In this document: positions 55,801-64,000 of the stretch, one piece after another | How positions within the stretch are numbered: the stretch's first letter is position 1 | Layout of the letters: each line of letters opens with the position of its first letter | From: Auanema rhodensis | Taxonomy: Eukaryota; Animalia; Nematoda | Reading direction: 5' to 3' | Assembly (NCBI GenBank): GCA_964057225.1 | Contig: OZ059896.1 | Coordinates: forward strand, 21,762,001-21,826,000 | Length of the DNA stretch: 64,000 nt | Notes under the pieces: model-generated | Database searches by the model: none | Told to the model about the DNA's origin: nothing | The model's input: only the letters and a program-made list of their open reading frames with translations | Made by a program: the position numbers and the translations under genes

Positions 55801-58800
55801 AAAAAAGGAATCTAAAAACATCTACTTTTTGCTAAATTATTTTGAAATTTTTCGAAAAAATTTTTGTCAAAATGTTTTTGGAAGCAATGTTGAGTGTACA
55901 TGGAAACTCAACATACACTAATGCATCATTTTTCAAACGATCATAACTAATTTTTGTATTAAGCGTTTCTCAATGTGATATAGTGCATTCGATGCGGATT
56001 TTTAAGCTGCGTCGATCTGTGTTATCAGATTTGCGCTAGCTTAAAAATGCACCGAGATATCAACTGATATAAGTTCACACTTATATCCTCGATTTTCACC
56101 CTGAAGAATTAATTTTTTCGTTGAATAACATTGTCCATCGTCTTTGCCTTGAAAAAAGGAATCTAAAAACATCTACTTTTTGCTAAATTATTTTGAAATT
56201 TTTCGAAAAAATTTTTGTCAAAATGTTTTTGGAAGCAATGTTGAGTGTACATGGAAACTCAACATACACTAATGCATCATTTTTCAAACGATCATAACTA
56301 ATTTTTGTATTAAGCGTTTCTCAATGTGATATAGTGCATTCGATGCGGATTTTTAAGCTGCGTCGATCTGTGTTATCAGATTTGCGCTAGCTTAAAAATG
56401 CACCGAGATATCAACTGATATAAGTTCACACTTATATCCTCGATTTTCACCCTGAAGAATTAATTTTTTCGTTGAATAACATTGTCCATCGTCTTTGCCT
56501 TGAAAAAAGGAATCTAAAAACATCTACTTTTTGCTAAATTATTTTGAAATTTTTCGAAAAAATTTTTGTCAAAATGTTTTTGGAAGCAATGTTGAGTGTA
56601 CATGGAAACTCAACATACACTAATGCATCATTTTTCAAACGATCATAACTAATTTTTGTATTAAGCGTTTCTCAATGTGATATAGTGCATTCGATGCGGA
56701 TTTTTAAGCTGCGTCGATCTGTGTTATCAGATTTGCGCTAGCTTAAAAATGCACCAAGATATCAACTGATATAAGTGCACACTTATATCCTCGATTTTCA
56801 CCCTGAAGAATTAATTTTCCGTTGAATAACATTGTCCATCGTCTTTGCCTTGAAAAAAGGAATCTAAAAACATCCACTTTTTGCTAAATTATTTCGAAAT
56901 TTTTCGAAAAAATTTTTGTCAAAATGTTTTTGGAAGCAATGTTGAGTGTACATGGAAACTCAACATACACTAATGCATCATTTTTCAAACGATCATAACT
57001 AATTTTTGTATTAAGCGTTTCTCAATGTAGTATAGTGCATTCGATGCGGATTTTTAAGCTGCGTCGATCTGTGTTATCAGATTTGCGCTAGCTTAAAAAT
57101 GCACCAAGATATCAACTGATATAAGTGAACACTTATATCCTCGATTTTCACCCTGAAGAATTAATTTTTTCGTTGAATAACATTGTCCATCGTCTTTGCC
57201 TTGAAAAAAGAAATCTAAAAACATCTACTTTTTGCTAAATTATTTTGAAATTTTTCGAAAAAATTTTTGTCAAAATGTTTTTGGAAGCAATGTTGAGTGT
57301 ACATGGAAACTCAACATACACTAATGCATCATTTTTCAAACGATCATAACTAATTTTTGTATTAAGCGTTTCTCAATGTAGTATAGTGCATTCGATGCGG
57401 ATTTTTAAGCTGCGTCGATCTGTGTTATCAGATTTGCGCTAGCTTAAAAATGCACCAAGATATCAACTGATATAAGTGAACACTTATATCCTCGATTTTC
57501 ACCCTGAAGATTTAATTTTTTCGTTGAATAACATTGTCCATCGTCTTTGCCTTGAAAAAAGAAATCTAAAAACATCTACTTTTTGCTAAATTATTTTGAA
57601 ATTTTTCGAAAAAATTTTTGTCAAAATGTTTTTGGAAGCAATGTTGAGTGTACATGGAAACTCAACATACACTAAGGCATCATTTTTCAAACGATCATAA
57701 CTAATTTTTGTATTAAGCGTTTCTCAATGTAGTATAGTGCATTCGATGCGGATTTTTGAGCTGCGTCGATCTGTGTTATCAGATTTGCGCTAGCTTAAAA
57801 ATGCACCGAGATATCAACTGATATAAGTTCACACTTATATCCTCGATTTTCACCCTGAAGAATTAATTTTTTCGTTGAATAACATTGTCCATCGTCTTTG
57901 CCTTGAAAAAAGGAATCTAAAAACATCTACTTTTTGCTAAATTATTTTGAAATTTTTCGAAAAAATTTTTGTCAAAATGTTTTTGGAAGCAATGTTGAGT
58001 GTACATGGAAACTCAACATACACTAATGCATCATTTTTCAAACGATCATAACTAATTTTTGTATTAAGCGTTTCTCAATGTGATATAGTGCATTCGATGC
58101 GGATTTTTAAGCTGCGTCGATCTGTGTTATCAGATTTGCGCTAGCTTAAAAATGCACCGAGATATCAACTGATATAAGTTCACACTTATATCCTCGATTT
58201 TCACCCTGAAGAATTAATTTTTTCGTTGAATAACATTGTCCATCGTCTTTGCCTTGAAAAAAGGAATCTAAAAACATCTACTTTTTGCTAAATTATTTTG
58301 AAATTTTTCGAAAAAATTTTTGTCAAAATGTTTTTGGAAGCAATGTTGAGTGTACATGGAAACTCAACATACACTAATGCATCATTTTTCAAACGATCAT
58401 AACTAATTTTTGTATTAAGCGTTTCTCAATGTGATATAGTGCATTCGATGCGGATTTTTAAGCTGCGTCGATCTGTGTTATCAGATTTGCGCTAGCTTAA
58501 AAATGCACCGAGATATCAACTGATATAAGTTCACACTTATATCCTCGATTTTCACCCTGAAGAATTAATTTTTTCGTTGAATAACATTGTCCATCGTCTT
58601 TGCCTTGAAAAAAGGAATCTAAAAACATCTACTTTTTGCTAAATTATTTTGAAATTTTTCGAAAAAATTTTTGTCAAAATGTTTTTGGAAGCAATGTTGA
58701 GTGTACATGGAAACTCAACATACACTAATGCATCATTTTTCAAACGATCATAACTAATTTTTGTATTAAGCGTTTCTCAATGTGATATAGTGCATTCGAT

Positions 58801-59229
58801 GCGGATTTTTAAGCTGCGTCGATCTGTGTTATCAGATTTGCGCTAGCTTAAAAATGCACCGAGATATCAACTGATATAAGTTCACACTTATATCCTCGAT
58901 TTTCACATTGAAGAACTAATTTTTTCGTTGAATAACATTGTCCATCGTCTCTGCCTTGAAAAAAGAAATCTAAAAACATCTACTTTTTGCTAAATTATTC
59001 TGGAATTTTTCGAAAAAATTTTTGTCAAAATGTTTTTGGAAGCAATGTTGAGTGTACATGAAAACTCAACATACACTAATGCATCATTTTTCAAACGATC
59101 ATAACTAATTTTTGTATTAAACGTTTCTCAATGTAGTATAGTGCATTCGATGCGGATTTCTAAGCTGCGTCGATCTGTGTTATCAGATTTGCGCTAGCTT
59201 AAAAATGCACCGAGATATCAACTGATATA

Positions 59230-62200
59230 AGTTCACACTTATATCCTCGATTTTCACCCTGAAGAATTAATTTTTTCGTTGAATAACATTGTCCATCGTC
59301 TTTGCCTTGAAAAAAGAAATCTAAAAACATCTACTTTTCGCTAAATTATTTTGAAATTTTTCGAAAAAATTTTTGTCAAAATGTTTTTGGAAGCAATGTT
59401 GAGTGTACATGGAAACTCAACATACACTAATGCATCATTTTTCAAACGATCATAACTAATTTTTGTATTAAGCGTTTCTCAATGTAGTATAGTGCATTCG
59501 ATGCGGATTTTTAAGCTGCGTCGATCTGTGTTATCAGATTTGCGCTAGCTTAAAAATGCACCAAGATATCAACTGATATAAGTGAACACTTATATCCTCG
59601 ATTTTCACCCTGAAGATTTAATTTTTTCGTTGAATAACATTGTCCATCGTCTTTGCCTTGAAAAAAGAAATCTAAAAACATCTACTTTTTGCTAAATTAT
59701 TTTGAAATTTTTCGAAAAAATTTTTGTCAAAATGTTTTTGGAAGCAATGTTGAGTGTACATGGAAACTCAACATACACTAAGGCATCATTTTTCAAACGA
59801 TCATAACTAATTTTTGTATTAAGCGTTTCTCAATGTAGTATAGTGCATTCGATGCGGATTTTTGAGCTGCGTCGATCTGTGTTATCAGATTTGCGCTAGC
59901 TTAAAAATGCACCGAGATATCAACTGATATAAGTTCACACTTATATCCTCGATTTTCACCCTGAAGAATTAATTTTTTCGTTGAATAACAATGTCCATCG
60001 TCTTTGCCTTGAAAAAAGGAATCTAAAAACATCTACTTTTTGCTAAATTATTTTGAAATTTTTCGAAAAAATTTTTGTCAAAATGTTTTTGGAAGCAATG
60101 TTGAGTGTACATGGAAACTCAACATACACTAATGCATCATTTTTCAAACGATCATAACTAATTTTTGTATTAAGCGTTTCTCAATGTGATATAGTGCATT
60201 CGATGCGGATTTTTAAGCTGCGTCGATCTGTGTTATCAGATTTGCGCTAGCTTAAAAATGCACCGAGATATCAACTGATATAAGTTCACACTTATATCCT
60301 CGATTTTCACCCTGAAGAATTAATTTTTTCGTTGAATAACATTGTCCATCGTCTTTGCCTTGAAAAAAGGAATCTAAAAACATCTACTTTTTGCTAAATT
60401 ATTTTGAAATTTTTCGAAAAAATTTTTGTCAAAATGTTTTTGGAAGCAATGTTGAGTGTACATGGAAACTCAACATACACTAATGCATCATTTTTCAAAC
60501 GATCATAACTAATTTTTGTATTAAGCGTTTCTCAATGTGATATAGTGCATTCGATGCGGATTTTTAAGCTGCGTCGATCTGTGTTATCAGATTTGCGCTA
60601 GCTTAAAAATGCACCGAGATATCAACTGATATAAGTTCACACTTATATCCTCGATTTTCACCCTGAAGAATTAATTTTTTCGTTGAATAACATTGTCCAT
60701 CGTCTTTGCCTTGAAAAAAGAAATCTAAAAACATCTACTTTTTGCTAAATTATTTTGAAATTTTTCGAAAAAATTTTTGTCAAAATGTTTTTGGAAGCAA
60801 TGTTGAGTGTACATGGAAACTCAACATACACTAAGGCATCATTTTTCAAACGATCATAACTAATTTTTGTATTAAGCGTTTCTCAATGTAGTATAGTGCA
60901 TTCGATGCGGATTTTTGAGCTGCGTCGATCTGTGTTATCAGATTTGCGCTAGCTTAAAAATGCACCGAGATATCAACTGATATAAGTTCACACTTATATC
61001 CTCGATTTTCACCCTGAAGAATTAATTTTTTCGTTGAATAACAATGTCCATCGTCTTTGCCTTGAAAAAAGGAATCTAAAAACATCTACTTTTTGCTAAA
61101 TTATTTTGAAATTTTTCGAAAAAATTTTTGTCAAAATGTTTTTGGAAGCAATGTTGAGTGTACATGGAAACTCAACATACACTAATGCATCATTTTTCAA
61201 ACGATCATAACTAATTTTTGTATTAAGCGTTTCTCAATGTGATATAGTGCATTCGATGCGGATTTTTAAGCTGCGTCGATCTGTGTTATCAGATTTGCGC
61301 TAGCTTAAAAATGCACCGAGATATCAACTGATATAAGTTCACACTTATATCCTCGATTTTCACCCTGAAGAATTAATTTTTTCGTTGAATAACATTGTCC
61401 ATCGTCTTTGCCTTGAAAAAAGGAATCTAAAAACATCTACTTTTTGCTAAATTATTTTGAAATTTTTCGAAAAAATTTTTGTCAAAATGTTTTTGGAAGC
61501 AATGTTGAGTGTACATGGAAACTCAACATACACTAATGCATCATTTTTCAAACGATCATAACTAATTTTTGTATTAAGCGTTTCTCAATGTGATATAGTG
61601 CATTCGATGCGGATTTTTAAGCTGCGTCGATCTGTGTTATCAGATTTGCGCTAGCTTAAAAATGCACCGAGATATCAACTGATATAAGTTCACACTTATA
61701 TCCTCGATTTTCACCCTGAAGAATTAATTTTTTCGTTGAATAACATTGTCCATCGTCTTTGCCTTGAAAAAAGAAATCTAAAAACATCTACTTTTCGCTA
61801 AATTATTTTGAAATTTTTCGAAAAAATTTTTGTCAAAATGTTTTTGGAAGCAATGTTGAGTGTACATGGAAACTCAACATACACTAATGCATCATTTTTC
61901 AAACGATCATAACTAATTTTTGTATTAAGCGTTTCTCAATGTAGTATAGTGCATTCGATGCGGATTTTTAAGCTGCGTCGATCTGTGTTATCAGATTTGC
62001 GCTAGCTTAAAAATGCACCAAGATATCAACTGATATAAGTGAACACTTATATCCTCGATTTTCACCCTGAAGATTTAATTTTTTCGTTGAATAACATTGT
62101 CCATCGTCTTTGCCTTGAAAAAAGAAATCTAAAAACATCTACTTTTTGCTAAATTATTTTGAAATTTTTCGAAAAAATTTTTGTCAAAATGTTTTTGGAA

Positions 62201-63150
62201 GCAATGTTGAGTGTACATGGAAACTAAACATACACTAAGGCATCATTTTTCAAACGATCATAACTAATTTTTGTATTAAGCGTTTCTCAATGTAGTATAG
62301 TGCATTCGATGCGGATTTTTGAGCTGCGTCGATCTGTGTTATCAGATTTGCGCTAGCTTAAAAATGCACCGAGATATCAACTGATATAAGTTCACACTTA
62401 TATCCTCGATTTTCACCCTGAAGAATTAATTTTTTCGTTGAATAACAATGTCCATCGTCTTTGCCTTGAAAAAAGGAATCTAAAAACATCTACTTTTTGC
62501 TAAATTATTTTGAAATTTTTCGAAAAAATTTTTGTCAAAATGTTTTTGGAAGCAATGTTGAGTGTACATGGAAACTCAACATACACTAATGCATCATTTT
62601 TCAAACGATCATAACTAATTTTTGTATTAAGCGTTTCTCAATGTGATATAGTGCATTCGATGCGGATTTTTAAGCTGCGTCGATCTGTGTTATCAGATTT
62701 GCGCTAGCTTAAAAATGCACCGAGATATCAACTGATATAAGTTCACACTTATATCCTCGATTTTCACCCTGAAGAATTAATTTTTTCGTTGAATAACATT
62801 GTCCATCGTCTTTGCCTTGAAAAAAGGAATCTAAAAACATCTACTTTTTGCTAAATTATTTTGAAATTTTTCGAAAAAATTTTTGTCAAAATGTTTTTGG
62901 AAGCAATGTTGAGTGTACATGGAAACTCAACATACACTAATGCATCATTTTTCAAACGATCATAACTAATTTTTGTATTAAGCGTTTCTCAATGTGATAT
63001 AGTGCATTCGATGCGGATTTTTAAGCTGCGTCGATCTGTGTTATCAGATTTGCGCTAGCTTAAAAATGCACCGAGATATCAACTGATATAAGTTCACACT
63101 TATATCCTCGATTTTCACCCTGAAGAATTAATTTTTTCGTTGAATAACAT
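59230..63150. repeat. Partial tandem duplication with a 7-monomer period (2457 bp)
   Basis: CTTTTCGC (about 59339/61796), GTGAACAC plus GAAGATTTA (about 59615/62072), CTAAGGC, TTTGAGC and AACAATGTC recur at +2457. Confidence 0.75.
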
Positions 63151-64000
63151 TGTCCATCGTCTTTGCCTTGAAAAAAGGAATCTAAAAACATCTACTTTTT
63201 GCTAAATTATTTTGAAATTTTTCGAAAAAATTTTTGTCAAAATGTTTTTGGAAGCAATGTTGAGTGTACATGGAAACTCAACATACACTAATGCATCATT
63301 TTTCAAACGATCATAACTAATTTTTGTATTAAGCGTTTCTCAATGTGATATAGTGCATTCGATGCGGATTTTTAAGCTGCGTCGATCTGTGTTATCAGAT
63401 TTGCGCTAGCTTAAAAATGCACCGAGATATCAACTGATATAAGTTCACACTTATATCCTCGATTTTCACCCTGAAGAATTAATTTTTTCGTTGAATAACA
63501 TTGTCCATCGTCTTTGCCTTGAAAAAAGGAATCTAAAAACATCTACTTTTTGCTAAATTATTTTGAAATTTTTCGAAAAAATTTTTGTCAAAATGTTTTT
63601 GGAAGCAATGTTGAGTGTACATGGAAACTCAACATACACTAATGCATCATTTTTCAAACGATCATAACTAATTTTTGTATTAAGCGTTTCTCAATGTGAT
63701 ATAGTGCATTCGATGCGGATTTTTAAGCTGCGTCGATCTGTGTTATCAGATTTGCGCTAGCTTAAAAATGCACCGAGATATCAACTGATATAAGTTCACA
63801 CTTATATCCTCGATTTTCACATTGAAGAACTAATTTTTTCGTTGAATAACATTGTCCATCGTCTCTGCCTTGAAAAAAGAAATCTAAAAACATCTACTTT
63901 TTGCTAAATTATTCTGGAATTTTTCGAAAAAATTTTTGTCAAAATGTTTTTGGAAGCAATGTTGAGTGTACATGAAAACTCAACATACACTAATGCATCA

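Larger units (their letters stand above)
1..64000. repeat. Satellite DNA tandem array, 351-bp AT-rich monomer, about 182 head-to-tail copies, running off both window ends
   Basis: GTCCATCGTCTTTGCC recurs at 1, 352, 703, 1054 and onward (period 351) to the end of the window. No unique sequence, inversion or insertion was seen. Copies differ at a limited set of recurrent SNPs. Monomer 1 has 108 G+C in 351 bp. Confidence 0.99.

Noticed and set aside
1-64000. CRISPR array or repeat-spacer/cassette system
   Set aside because: There are no unique spacers: the entire 351-bp unit is repeated, and no cas, integrase or other gene is present.
1-64000. Tandem RNA-gene cluster (5S rRNA, tRNA, snRNA, spliced leader)
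   Set aside because: I recognised no 5S, tRNA cloverleaf, A/B-box, Sm-site-plus-leader or snRNA sequence on either strand. A cmscan against Rfam was not possible here.
1-64000. Technical concatemer (rolling-circle amplification or sequencing artefact)
   Set aside because: The variants are shared, linked, regionally clustered and hierarchically duplicated, which fits evolutionary history rather than random read error on a single template. Exact copy numbers could still be mis-assembled.

Overview
The whole 64-kb window is one uninterrupted head-to-tail tandem array (satellite DNA) of an AT-rich 351-bp monomer, about 182 copies, about 31% GC by hand count of monomer 1. All copies are in the same orientation and differ by only a few substitutions. 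Length variants are limited to a recurrent 350-bp form (AATTTTCCG instead of AATTTTTTCG) and one 352-bp copy. I see no credible protein-coding gene, RNA gene, CRISPR array or transposon insertion; the ORFs in the track are by-products of monomer variants. Three things stand out. (i) Each monomer is densely built from inverted repeats: a 51-bp imperfect hairpin, two 9-10-bp perfect dyads and a TTTTTCGAAAAA palindrome cluster. (ii) The array contains nested local higher-order duplications of 2, 3, 4, 5, 7, 12 and 13 monomers rather than one fixed HOR. (iii) There are three variant domains, the first two separated by a junction rich in rare and private variants at about 25-31 kb. The pattern is consistent with a eukaryotic (peri)centromeric or heterochromatic satellite, but neither organism nor function can be established from sequence alone. 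All comparisons were made by eye, so block boundaries are approximate.
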